A DNA stretch of 64,000 nucleotides from an uncultured Bacteroidia bacterium. Its GTDB lineage: Bacteria; Bacteroidota; Bacteroidia; Bacteroidales; UBA932. How positions within the stretch are numbered: the stretch's first letter is position 1; the number at the start of each line of letters is the position of its first letter. The notes below the pieces were generated by a model that made no database searches, was not told the origin of the DNA, and worked only from the letters and a program-made list of their open reading frames with translations. This document shows positions 1-8,291 of this stretch, in pieces. Location of the stretch: contig CACWLD010000003.1 of NCBI GenBank assembly GCA_902761655.1, positions 8,448 through 72,447 of the forward strand. Reading direction: 5' to 3'. Position numbers and translations under genes: made by a program.

Positions 1-369
1 GTCCTCAGCGCCCTTTCCTTCAGGAACAAGGTCACAGGGGAGGTTGGGAAGAAGGACTATCTTGGCGTTCATATCCTTCTCAGCCTGATCAAGGCGGGCT
101 ATCATATCGTTGTATTTCTCCTTCATTCCGGCGACTTCAGCCTTAGCCTTTTCGGCCTCTTCCTTCTGGCCCTGTTTCATAAACATTCCAATGCGGGATG
201 CCATCTGGTTCTGGGCAGACTTGAGGGCGTCGCTTTCTGTCTGGAGGGACCTGCGTAGTGTATCCAGGTCCAAAATCTCGGCAACTATTGCCTTGGCGTC
301 GAAATTCTTCTTTGCCAGTTTTGCCACAACCATCTCGGGGTTGTCGCGTAAAGTCTTGAGTGTGAGCAT
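1..369 (-). CDS. serS: seryl-tRNA synthetase, N-terminal part (gene runs off the left edge)
   Basis: Manual reverse translation from the ATG at 369..367 gives MLTLKTLRDNPEMVVAKLAKKNFDAKAIVAEILDLDTLRRSLQTESDALKSAQNQ...LPNLPCDLVPEGKGAED. This matches the SerS coiled-coil arm and the start of the catalytic core. It is absent from the ORF track because no stop codon lies in the window. Confidence 0.8.
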   Translation of the reverse strand, partial: MLTLKTLRDNPEMVVAKLAKKNFDAKAIVAEILDLDTLRRSLQTESDALKSAQNQMASRIGMFMKQGQKEEAEKAKAEVAGMKEKYNDMIARLDQAEKDMNAKIVLLPNLPCDLVPEGKGAED

Positions 370-380
370 ATAACTTTTTT

Positions 381-420
381 AAAAAAGGGACCTACACTAT
401 TCCCGAAGTGCAAGTCCCTT
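381..420 (-). terminator. rho-independent terminator after rpmA
   Basis: Stem AAGGGAC (385..391) pairs with GTCCCTT (414..420). On the minus strand the hairpin is followed by a T run. Confidence 0.55.
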
Positions 421-447
421 TATTGTCCGATAAACAAACCCCCGGGT

Positions 448-711
448 TTAGTTCTCAAAAGGAATAACCGATACTACGTAAGATTTGTTCTCTCTTTTCT
501 TTGTGAATTTAACAGTTCCGTCGATAAGAGCGTAAAGGGTGTGGTCTTTGCCCATACCTACGTTCTTGTCCGGATTGTGAACCGTACCTCTCTGGCGGAC
601 GATGATATTTCCAGCCTTAACGACCTCGCCACCGAATTTCTTGAGTCCCAAACGTTTGCTCTGGGATTCACGACCGTTCTTTGAACTTGATTGACCTTTC
701 TTGTGTGCCAT
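448..711 (-). CDS. rpmA: 50S ribosomal protein L27
   Basis: [41 protein letters not shown] is the canonical L27 N-terminus. Confidence 0.95.
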   Translation of the reverse strand: MAHKKGQSSSKNGRESQSKRLGLKKFGGEVVKAGNIIVRQRGTVHNPDKNVGMGKDHTLYALIDGTVKFTKKRENKSYVVSVIPFEN

Positions 712-731
712 AATTCAATCTGTTTTTACCG

Positions 732-1043
732 TTAAACGATTTCGTTAATCTGAATCTTGGAAAGTTTCTGACGGTGACCGTTCAGTTTCTGGAAGCCCTT
801 GCGACGGATCTTCTTGAAAACGAGCACCTTGTCTGCCCTTGCACTGTCATCGAGCACGGTTGCCTTGACAACTGCGCCGTCAAGATAAGGAGTACCTACT
901 TTAACGCCCTCGTCATTTCCAACGAGAAGCACTTTTCCGAACTCCACTGATTCACCTTTGGCCTGAGGAAGCCTCTGAACAAAGATCTCATTACCAGCCT
1001 CAACTTTAAACTGCTGGCCTGCGATGTCTACTACTGCGTACAT
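732..1043 (-). CDS. rplU: 50S ribosomal protein L21
   Basis: MYAVVDIAGQQFKVEAGNEIFVQRL... is a typical L21. I start at the internal Met (17th codon of the tracked ORF), because the longer N-terminus is not L21-like. Confidence 0.9.
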   Translation of the reverse strand: MYAVVDIAGQQFKVEAGNEIFVQRLPQAKGESVEFGKVLLVGNDEGVKVGTPYLDGAVVKATVLDDSARADKVLVFKKIRRKGFQKLNGHRQKLSKIQINEIV

Positions 1044-1069
1044 CTCTAGTAAAACTTTTTTAAGTTTAA

Positions 1070-1118
1070 ACCGTAAGCGTCTGATATCCAATCAGCTCTT
1101 TTTCAATGGCTTAGCGGT
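1070..1118 (-). promoter_or_regulatory. structured 5' leader of the rplU-rpmA operon
   Basis: On the minus strand ACCGCTAAGC pairs with GCTTACGGT (one bulge). This encloses an inner CTGAT/ATCAG hairpin (1081..1095). The structure lies between the -7 box and the rplU ATG. Confidence 0.35.
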
Positions 1119-1139
1119 CATGCAATATTTTAAGGACTG

Positions 1140-1147
1140 CAAATTTA
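1140..1147 (-). promoter_or_regulatory. Bacteroidetes-type -7 promoter box (TAAATTTG) for rplU-rpmA
   Basis: The reverse complement of caaattta matches TAnnTTTG, about 95 nt upstream of the rplU ATG. Confidence 0.5.
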
Positions 1148-1188
1148 GAAGAATTATTCCAAACCGCAAAATATTTTTCCCAAAATAC

Positions 1189-2343
1189 CTAGCCCACAAG
1201 GCGGAAATAGCGTTTTTTAACCCAGTACTCGAACAGCGGATCTATAATGTGGGGAATGTCCTCCGCATCAAAGGTCACTATCTCCTTCTTTATGAGGGCA
1301 TCCTTAAGCCTCTTGACATTTGCCGATGAGCTGAGCGCATAGCGGCGCACCACCTCCGCTGAACTGAACTTGGTACAGCCCTCCGCCACTGCCTTGAGCA
1401 GGGAAACCTGGAACGTGGTCAGGTCAGCCATCATTCCCAGGAAGCGCGGCTCGTGGATGGAGATGAGCATCTCCAGTGCGTCCATCATCACGGACTCCAT
1501 TATATAACCCCTTGAAAGATGGTCGCATATGGCCGCGAAATGGATAAGATAATGGACGTTCCCCTTGAACAGGCGGCAGGCGCCAAGCATAAGTTCCGGA
1601 TCCACCACCTTTCCCGTTACCATAAAGCCTTTGGATACATAATCCTTGAGTTCTTTCTCGTCAATCTCGGAAGGCACGAATATCTCCACAAGACGGTAGA
1701 AGAAGCGCCTTTCAGTGAATATCTCCTTCATTGCGTTCAACTGGGAGCCCATAAACACAAAGCAGCACTGCTTGCGGCCGTAGTTCCCGGATTCTCGCAT
1801 CACGGATTCGAATATCTTGAAGAATTCGTCCGCATCCGGGGCAAAGGAAAGGTTCTGGAACTCCTTGAGGACTATGTACAGCTGCCTCTCTCCCCCGGCG
1901 GTCATCTTGTATGGGAGACGCAGCATTGCCTGGATGTCATCCTTGTCAATGTCCCAGTTCAGCGAGACAATCCTGTCCGAATCAGCGAACACCTTCTGGT
2001 CGAACACGAAATGCGTTCCCTGAAGATGGTCTTCCACCGCGCGGGTGTATTCTCCGGGGGTGTTGGCGCAGGTGCGGATTACTGCATCGCCAAGGCGAAG
2101 CAGGAATTCCTGCACCGTGCGCACGTCCAGGAGGGACACCTCCGCAACCACATAGTTGCGGTGCAGCATCTTCATCTGATACAGTGACTGCTGCAGGAGG
2201 GACATCTTGCCGCTCTTGGCCGGCGCTATAAGGGCTACGTTCTCGCCCTGGGAAAGGAAGTTGGATATGATGGTGACGTCTTTGCGGCGGCCCACGAAAT
2301 TCTTCCCGGTGACATATTTATAATAAATGAAAGGGCTGTCCAT
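1189..2343 (-). CDS. AAA-type ATP-binding protein (archaeal-ATPase/ATPase_2-like, with a winged-helix-like C-terminus)
   Basis: FVGRRKDV...VALIAPAKSGKMSLLQQ is a Walker A motif. LYIVLKEFQNL sits where Walker B is expected. The architecture resembles the Arch_ATPase/DUF234 class. Confidence 0.6.
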   Translation of the reverse strand: MDSPFIYYKYVTGKNFVGRRKDVTIISNFLSQGENVALIAPAKSGKMSLLQQSLYQMKMLHRNYVVAEVSLLDVRTVQEFLLRLGDAVIRTCANTPGEYTRAVEDHLQGTHFVFDQKVFADSDRIVSLNWDIDKDDIQAMLRLPYKMTAGGERQLYIVLKEFQNLSFAPDADEFFKIFESVMRESGNYGRKQCCFVFMGSQLNAMKEIFTERRFFYRLVEIFVPSEIDEKELKDYVSKGFMVTGKVVDPELMLGACRLFKGNVHYLIHFAAICDHLSRGYIMESVMMDALEMLISIHEPRFLGMMADLTTFQVSLLKAVAEGCTKFSSAEVVRRYALSSSANVKRLKDALIKKEIVTFDAEDIPHIIDPLFEYWVKKRYFRLVG

Positions 2344-2416
2344 ATCTGATTGGTTTAGGACCGCAAATATAACAAAAATGTTTCTTAATAAAATTTTGTT
2401 TTTTAGGAAAAATCCT

Positions 2417-2424
2417 TACCTTTG
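2417..2424 (+). promoter_or_regulatory. -7 promoter box TACCTTTG for rpsU
   Basis: Matches TAnnTTTG, 34 nt upstream of the rpsU ATG. Confidence 0.55.
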
Positions 2425-2440
2425 CACGCTCAAAAATAAA

Positions 2441-2449
2441 AGGAGGTGA
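2441..2449 (+). promoter_or_regulatory. strong Shine-Dalgarno sequence (AGGAGGTGA) in front of rpsU
   Basis: Literal AGGAGGTGA lies 8 nt before the ATG at 2458. The other start sites I inspected in this window lack such a sequence. Confidence 0.7.
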
Positions 2450-2457
2450 TTTAAAGG

Positions 2458-2649
2458 ATGATTATAGTACCTATCAAAGAAGGCGAGAACATAGAGAGAG
2501 CTCTTAAGAAGTTCAAGAGGAAATTCGAGAAGACCGGCGCTATCCGTGAGCTCCGCGCACGCAAGAATTTTGAGAAGCCTTCAGAGAAGAAGCGTGCGGC
2601 AAAGATGAAAGCCATCTACGTACAGCACCTCCAGCTTGAGGATGAATAA
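2458..2649 (+). CDS. rpsU: 30S ribosomal protein S21
   Basis: MIIVPIKEGENIERALKKFKRKFEKTGAIRELRARKNFEKPSEKKR is a typical bS21. Confidence 0.95.
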   Translation: MIIVPIKEGENIERALKKFKRKFEKTGAIRELRARKNFEKPSEKKRAAKMKAIYVQHLQLEDE

Positions 2650-2666
2650 TTGACAATCCTTACAAT

Positions 2667-2701
2667 AAAAAAAGTAGCCGTTTCAAGCGGCTACTTTTTT
2701 T
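2667..2701. terminator. bidirectional terminator shared by rpsU and the convergent DUF4954-like gene
   Basis: Stem GTAGCCG (2674..2680) pairs with CGGCTAC (2688..2694), with an A run before and a T run after. The hairpin overlaps the last codons of the minus-strand gene. Confidence 0.65.
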
Positions 2702-4674
2702 ATTCTCTGCACCGTGCTCTCGTATAGTGCCGTTTTCTCCTTGATGTGGTTCTTGACCATCTGGACAAATGGATTGCCTTCGAAATCCGATCCGCGGACC
2801 TGTTCGAAATCCTTCAGGCGGGTCTCCTGGTCCCCGTCCTCCCCGAAACTGGTCATAAAACTCAGTGAGAATTCTTTCTTGGCGTCCTCGTATAGGAGGT
2901 TGTCCAGTCCTACCACCGCCTCTTTCCATCTGGTGATCAGATCAAGTACATCCTTTGGCGATACATTGTCCAGGGATACTCCGTAATACTTTCGGATGAT
3001 GTCGTAGGCCCAGGTCCACTCATATGAATAGTACTCCGAGTATATCATTGAGAAGAACTCGTCCAGGGCGTCGACTCCGGACACCACCCCTTCCTCCACC
3101 TGGTCAAGGAACGGATCCAAAGCGTTCTTTGGGCAGATGAGTCCGGAGACGTCAACCCAGCTGCCAAGGCCTATCTCGCTGTCAGGACGCAGGTCCTTGA
3201 GCAGTTCCTCCCAGGTCTCCGCCTTGGATTTCCCTATCCTGGAAACCAGCGAGTTGCCCAGGAACTTGTCCAGGATGATGGAATAGTAGTTGAGTCCCTT
3301 GTTCAGGGAAGAGGAGCGGATCCATCCGCCCTGATACGGATACTCCGCTATGTCCGGGCCAAAAGAGCGGCGCAGAGAACGCAGTATCTCTATTCCCTTG
3401 AGCACCTTTTGCATTGTGTAGGGGCTCAATATGTTGAAGTTGATGTAATCCAGTTTGTCCGGGTCCTTGCGCTTGTCCCTCCGGGGCCATTTCATAGCAT
3501 CCCTGATGGTTCCCACACTCTTGATGTTGGCGCCTGGGGCTATATAGCTGGACGCCTTGTCCTCAAGGAGGTAGGAATACGGAAGGTTTGACGTATCCAT
3601 ATGTGCTGTATGGCGACCCATCACCAGGGAGAATGCGCCCACCTTGGCAGGCCACAGGACATATGAATCGGATGCGGTCTTGGCTCCCCTCTCCAGTATG
3701 CCCTGATGGATTGGACCCAGCTTGTACATATGGTTGCTCTGGTTGGATCCGGATCCGGCGTTCATAAAGGAGAACATACCCGCTATAAGAAGCGTGGACT
3801 TATGATGGGTAACGGTATAGGGACCGGCGAAAATGGCGCAGGCCTCTCCGTTCTCCTCGTGGCAGTTGCTGAAGAACAGCGAGTCCGATGCCGAATAGGA
3901 ATGGCCCATTATACAGGCCTGGCCTATGAAGCAGCGTTCAAGGGTCACGTTGTCATCCACGCTGGAGCCGCTCCCGATGATGAAATCGTCAGCAATGACG
4001 CCTTCGCCTATATGCACAGGAGCCGATGCGTTGGAATTGATGCTTCCGTTCTTCAGGCGGCTGGCGCCCTCTATTACGCAGTTGTCACCTATCTTTACGT
4101 TGCGTATTGTTCCGGTATCCATTATGGTAACGTTGTCGCCAATTGTTCCGAAATCCGCCTTCACGCTCTCTACGTACTCTCCTATGAGCGCCTTGATCTT
4201 GTCCACAAGGGCGGGACGGTAACGGTAAAGCGCCAGGATATAGGCCTGCTGGGCGGACAGTCGGTCATAGAACGGGACTTCCCTGCCGCCGGTCTCATTA
4301 AGGACCGCGGCCTCCACCCCGTTTCCAAAGGAAGTGACGCCGTCAACTATAATGCTGTCAATGTTGCCTATGAACGAATTGTTCCCTATATGGTAATTGG
4401 CTATGTAATTGCCCACATCCTCTATGCAGGTATTGTTGCCAACCTGCACGTTATGAAGCGTGGTGTTGTAGAGTCCGGAATGTTTGTGGATGCCTCCGGG
4501 AAGGTCGAAGCCAACCTCGAACACGCCCAGGCGGATATCGCCGGAGAAGCGGCTTAACCTGACGTACTTGGGATTGAAACCGTCCGCTACAAGTACGCGG
4601 TCCCAGTCTTCTGCACTGCATCCCTGGCTTTTGAGCTGCTCGATTTCCTGTGCGGTAAGCTGTCTGTATTCCAT
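2683..4674 (-). CDS. left-handed beta-helix (hexapeptide-repeat-like) protein, DUF4954-like
   Basis: About 660 aa starting MEYRQLTAQEIEQLKSQGCSAEDWDRVLV. It has long runs of IGNN/IGDN-type beta-helix turns. I recall this architecture as the Bacteroidales DUF4954 family. The start is set at the Met downstream of the -7 box at 4696..4703. Confidence 0.55.
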   Translation of the reverse strand: MEYRQLTAQEIEQLKSQGCSAEDWDRVLVADGFNPKYVRLSRFSGDIRLGVFEVGFDLPGGIHKHSGLYNTTLHNVQVGNNTCIEDVGNYIANYHIGNNSFIGNIDSIIVDGVTSFGNGVEAAVLNETGGREVPFYDRLSAQQAYILALYRYRPALVDKIKALIGEYVESVKADFGTIGDNVTIMDTGTIRNVKIGDNCVIEGASRLKNGSINSNASAPVHIGEGVIADDFIIGSGSSVDDNVTLERCFIGQACIMGHSYSASDSLFFSNCHEENGEACAIFAGPYTVTHHKSTLLIAGMFSFMNAGSGSNQSNHMYKLGPIHQGILERGAKTASDSYVLWPAKVGAFSLVMGRHTAHMDTSNLPYSYLLEDKASSYIAPGANIKSVGTIRDAMKWPRRDKRKDPDKLDYINFNILSPYTMQKVLKGIEILRSLRRSFGPDIAEYPYQGGWIRSSSLNKGLNYYSIILDKFLGNSLVSRIGKSKAETWEELLKDLRPDSEIGLGSWVDVSGLICPKNALDPFLDQVEEGVVSGVDALDEFFSMIYSEYYSYEWTWAYDIIRKYYGVSLDNVSPKDVLDLITRWKEAVVGLDNLLYEDAKKEFSLSFMTSFGEDGDQETRLKDFEQVRGSDFEGNPFVQMVKNHIKEKTALYESTVQRIKKVAA

Positions 4675-4695
4675 ATATTTCAAGCGTTTATGAGG

Positions 4696-4703
4696 CAAAG
4701 ATA
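4696..4703 (-). promoter_or_regulatory. -7 box TATCTTTG for the DUF4954-like gene
   Basis: The reverse complement of caaagata matches TAnnTTTG, about 22 nt upstream of the ATG at 4674. Confidence 0.5.
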
Positions 4704-4714
4704 GCATCTTTTGC

Positions 4715-4722
4715 TATATTTG
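4715..4722 (+). promoter_or_regulatory. -7 box TATATTTG for yfhO-GT4
   Basis: Matches TAnnTTTG, 22 nt upstream of the ATG at 4744. It sits back-to-back with the divergent box at 4696..4703. Confidence 0.5.
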
Positions 4723-4743
4723 CCTTGTTATATCAACCATAAA

Positions 4744-7194
4744 ATGAATTTCAAGAACATACTCAGCAAATATGGAGCCTACGTGGCCGCCGTCATCCTT
4801 TTTTTAGCCCTCGGATATATCTATTGCTCTCCCCAGCTAAAAGGCAAGGTCCTCTATGCCGGAGACCAGCAGAATTTCACGGGAGCGGTGCACGAATCCC
4901 AGGTCTACCACGACGTAACCGGAGACTACACTTTCTGGAACGGCGCTATGTTCAGCGGAATGCCCAACTACCAGATAGGCGGCGGATACTATTCCTCCTC
5001 CGCCCTTCTGCAGCCCATCAACTCATTCATACACAGGCCCCAAAGCCCCGCCTGGATCATTTTCCTCTACTTCCTGTGCTTTTTCATATGCCTTCGCTGC
5101 TTTGACGTGGACAAATGGCTGAGCATTGCCGGAGCCATAGCCATAGGCCTGTCGTCCTACTTCCTTGTCATAATTGGCGCCGGGCATCTCACAAAGACAA
5201 TGACGATTGCCGCCACCGCAGTTGTCCTGGGCGGCTTCAACCTTATATTCAGCAAGAAAAAATACATCCTGGGAGCCATCCTCACAATGGTTTTCGTGGC
5301 CGGAGGAGCCACCAAGCATCCCCAGATGTTCTACTATTACTTTATGCTCATAGCCCTGATGTGGGTTGTGCAGCTCATTTTCCACATCAAGGAGAAGAAG
5401 GGCCGCGATATGATCATTGGCACCGCCGTATTCGTCGTGGCCGTAGGCCTTGGACTTGGCGCCAACAGCGCCGATGTCTTCGCTAATGCGGAATACACAC
5501 GCGAAACTATGCGCGGCGGCCACTCGGACCTTGTCAAGACCTCCGGTTCCCAGGAATCCTCCGAGAAGGGCCTGGACATTGAATACGCCACCCAATGGAG
5601 CTACGGCATAGACGAATCCCTTTCCTTCATCATCCCCGGTGCGATGGGCGGTGCAAGTTCAATGAACGTGGGCCGCGATTCGGACCTCTACAAGACCCTT
5701 GTCTCCAAAGGAGCTTCTCCTTCCGATGCCGCCATCTTCTGCGAGTCCGCCCCAATGTACTGGGGAGAGCAGTCCTTCACCGCAGGAAACGTCTATATGG
5801 GAGCCATCGTATGCTTCCTGTTCCTGCTGGGCTGCCTGATAGTCCCCGGGCCTCACAAATGGGGCCTCCTGATAGGCACGCTGTTCTCCGTGATGCTTGC
5901 CTGGGGCCACAATTTTATGTGGCTCACGCGCCTGTTCTTCAACTTCTTCCCAATGTACAACAAGTTCAGGGCGGTGTCTTCCATCCTCATCGTGGCGGAA
6001 GTGGCAATGCCGCTGCTGGGCTTCCTTGCAGTCAGGGAGATAATGCTTGGGAAGGTTGAAAAGAAAAAACTGCAGAAAAGCCTGCTTTGGGCAGGAGGAG
6101 TCACAGGAGGCCTCTGCCTGCTGCTGGCTCTCCTGGGGGGAAGCATCTTCAGCTTCAGTTCGTCCTATGACGCATCCTGGGCCTCATCCTTCCCTGACTG
6201 GCTTTACACCGCAATAATAGACCAGAGGGCCACTATGCTCAGGGCGGATTCCCTGCGCTCTTTCGCATTCATCGCAGCCGGCACCTTCACCATCTGGCTT
6301 TACTCCAAGGGCAAATTAAAGAACGGCCTGCTTGCCGCAATACTCGGAGTATTGGTGCTGCTGGATATGTGGCCTGTGGACAAGAGGTATTTCAACGACT
6401 CCAACTTCGTGACCAAAGTCCAGAATATGTCCTCATTTGAGATGCTCCCTTACGAGCAGTCCATCCTTCAGGACCCGGAGCCTCATTTCAGGGTTCTCAA
6501 CCTTACCACCAACACATACAATGACGCCAGGACCTCCTACTATCTGGAATCCATAGGCGGATACAGCGCCGCCAAGCTGCGCCGCTACCAGGACCTCATT
6601 GACGAGCACCTCTCCAAGATGCATATGCCCGTGATCAATATGCTCAACACCAAGTACATAATATCAACGGACGAAGAAGGCGCCGCCAAACCATACTACA
6701 ACCCCAATGCATTGGGTCACGCCTGGTTCGTATCCCAGGTCAACGTAGTGGACAATGCCAACCAGGAAAGCGACGCCCTGAACATTGTGGACCTCAAGGA
6801 GGTTGCCGTGGTCGACAAGGAATTCGCTTCTGCGGTGAAGAACCTCACCCCGGGGATTGCAGAGGACGCAGAGATCACGCTTACCAAGTACTCTCCAAAG
6901 AGCATTGACTATACCGTAAAGAGTTCCCAGGACGGAACCGTGGTATTCTCTGAGATCTACTATCCTTACGGATGGAAGGCCACCCTTGACGGGCAGAAGG
7001 CAGATTACTTCCGCGCAGACTACCTTCTCAGGGCAATGAACGTCCCGGCCGGAGAGCACACCATCAACTTCACCTTCGACCCCGACAGCGTACGCAAGGG
7101 CAATACGCTTGCCGTAATATGCATAATACTGATATATCTGGCAATAGCCCTGGCGGCAGCGTTAGGAATATGGAAGGCAGTCCGCAAAAAGTAG
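4744..7194 (+). CDS. YfhO-family polytopic membrane protein (GT-C-like extracytoplasmic glycosyltransferase)
   Basis: About 816 aa with many N-terminal TM helices, a large C-terminal soluble domain and a final TM helix. MNFKNILSKYGAYVAAVILF...YAGDQQNF is typical of Bacteroidetes YfhO proteins as I recall them. Confidence 0.65.
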   Translation: MNFKNILSKYGAYVAAVILFLALGYIYCSPQLKGKVLYAGDQQNFTGAVHESQVYHDVTGDYTFWNGAMFSGMPNYQIGGGYYSSSALLQPINSFIHRPQSPAWIIFLYFLCFFICLRCFDVDKWLSIAGAIAIGLSSYFLVIIGAGHLTKTMTIAATAVVLGGFNLIFSKKKYILGAILTMVFVAGGATKHPQMFYYYFMLIALMWVVQLIFHIKEKKGRDMIIGTAVFVVAVGLGLGANSADVFANAEYTRETMRGGHSDLVKTSGSQESSEKGLDIEYATQWSYGIDESLSFIIPGAMGGASSMNVGRDSDLYKTLVSKGASPSDAAIFCESAPMYWGEQSFTAGNVYMGAIVCFLFLLGCLIVPGPHKWGLLIGTLFSVMLAWGHNFMWLTRLFFNFFPMYNKFRAVSSILIVAEVAMPLLGFLAVREIMLGKVEKKKLQKSLLWAGGVTGGLCLLLALLGGSIFSFSSSYDASWASSFPDWLYTAIIDQRATMLRADSLRSFAFIAAGTFTIWLYSKGKLKNGLLAAILGVLVLLDMWPVDKRYFNDSNFVTKVQNMSSFEMLPYEQSILQDPEPHFRVLNLTTNTYNDARTSYYLESIGGYSAAKLRRYQDLIDEHLSKMHMPVINMLNTKYIISTDEEGAAKPYYNPNALGHAWFVSQVNVVDNANQESDALNIVDLKEVAVVDKEFASAVKNLTPGIAEDAEITLTKYSPKSIDYTVKSSQDGTVVFSEIYYPYGWKATLDGQKADYFRADYLLRAMNVPAGEHTINFTFDPDSVRKGNTLAVICIILIYLAIALAAALGIWKAVRKK

Positions 7195-8291
7195 TTATAG
7201 TAGGCCCCGCATACCCCTACAGGGGCGGAATAGCCGCTTTCAGCGAACGGCTTGCAGCCGAGTTCGCCGCGTGCGGCAGCAAGGTACAACTGATTACTTT
7301 CACGCTCCAATACCCTTCCTTCCTGTTCCCCGGCAAGACCCAGTATTCTGACGGTCCCGCCCCGCAGGGGCTGGATATCAGCAGGATGCTCAATTCCTGC
7401 AATCCGTTCAACTGGATAAGCACCGGACGAAAACTGAGCAAGATGAAGGCGGACATAATCATCTTTGCTTTCTGGATGCCTTTTATGGGCCCTGCGCTGG
7501 GTACTGTCGCCCGTATGGCCAGGAAATCCGGAGCCAGACGTATAGGCTTGGTACACAACCTTATACCTCACGAGCACAAGCCAGGAGACAAGATATTCAG
7601 CAAGTACTTCTGCAATTCCGTGGACGGATTCGTCACTATGTCCGATTCCGTATTGCAGGACATCCGCAGCTTTGCCCCTGACAAGCCTTCGGCAATGTGC
7701 CCCCATCCTCTGTATGACCATTACGGCACCCCGGTATCAAGGGAAGAGGCCCTTGAGACACTCGGGCTTGAGAAGGATTCCCGCTATCTGCTGTTCTTTG
7801 GCTTGATCAGGGATTACAAGGGGCTCGACTGGCTTCTTGAAGCCTTCGCAGACCCGCGTATGAAGCAATTCCCAGACCTTAAGCTCATAGTTGCCGGAGA
7901 GTTCTATTCCAACCCCGAGAAATACCTTGAAGCGGCCAGGGCATTGGGAGACAGGGTGATCATCCGCCCGGACTTCATTCCAGACGATATGGTACGCTAC
8001 TATTTCTGCGCCGCCGATCTCATAGTGCAGCCTTACAAGACCGCCACCCAGAGCGGCATCACCCAAATCGCATATCATTTTGAAAAGCCTATGCTCGTGA
8101 CACGCGTAGGCGGTCTGCCGGAAATAGTTCCAGACGGGGTGGCAGGCTATGTGACGGAGCCCAAGGTAGAATCCATAGCCGATGCGCTGGTGCGTTTTGC
8201 CGCTGAAAAGCCGGATTTCTCACAAGGCGTCGCCTCCCAGAAACAGAAATATTCCTGGAAGAAGATGGCAGAGGCTATAGAATCCCTCTAA
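7170..8291 (+). CDS. glycosyltransferase family 4
   Basis: VVIVGPAYPYRGGIAAFSERLA at the N-terminus, and TQSGITQIAYHFEKPMLVTRVGGLPEIV (the E-x7-E region). It overlaps the yfhO stop by 25 nt. Confidence 0.8.
   Translation: MEGSPQKVVIVGPAYPYRGGIAAFSERLAAEFAACGSKVQLITFTLQYPSFLFPGKTQYSDGPAPQGLDISRMLNSCNPFNWISTGRKLSKMKADIIIFAFWMPFMGPALGTVARMARKSGARRIGLVHNLIPHEHKPGDKIFSKYFCNSVDGFVTMSDSVLQDIRSFAPDKPSAMCPHPLYDHYGTPVSREEALETLGLEKDSRYLLFFGLIRDYKGLDWLLEAFADPRMKQFPDLKLIVAGEFYSNPEKYLEAARALGDRVIIRPDFIPDDMVRYYFCAADLIVQPYKTATQSGITQIAYHFEKPMLVTRVGGLPEIVPDGVAGYVTEPKVESIADALVRFAAEKPDFSQGVASQKQKYSWKKMAEAIESL

Noticed and set aside
110-373. 87-aa plus-strand ORF at the left edge
   Set aside because: It lies antisense to a clear serS N-terminus, which I could translate from the ATG at 369 on the minus strand. 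Its sequence is low-complexity and hydrophobic, with no recognisable motif.
1519-2231. Several plus-strand ORFs (222, 68 and 106 aa) inside the ATPase gene
   Set aside because: These are shadow ORFs, typical of GC-rich coding DNA. The minus strand carries the Walker A-containing protein.
3706-4557. 283-aa plus-strand ORF
   Set aside because: It is antisense to the beta-helix (DUF4954-like) gene, has no motifs, and has the V/G/A/H-rich composition typical of reverse-frame artefacts.
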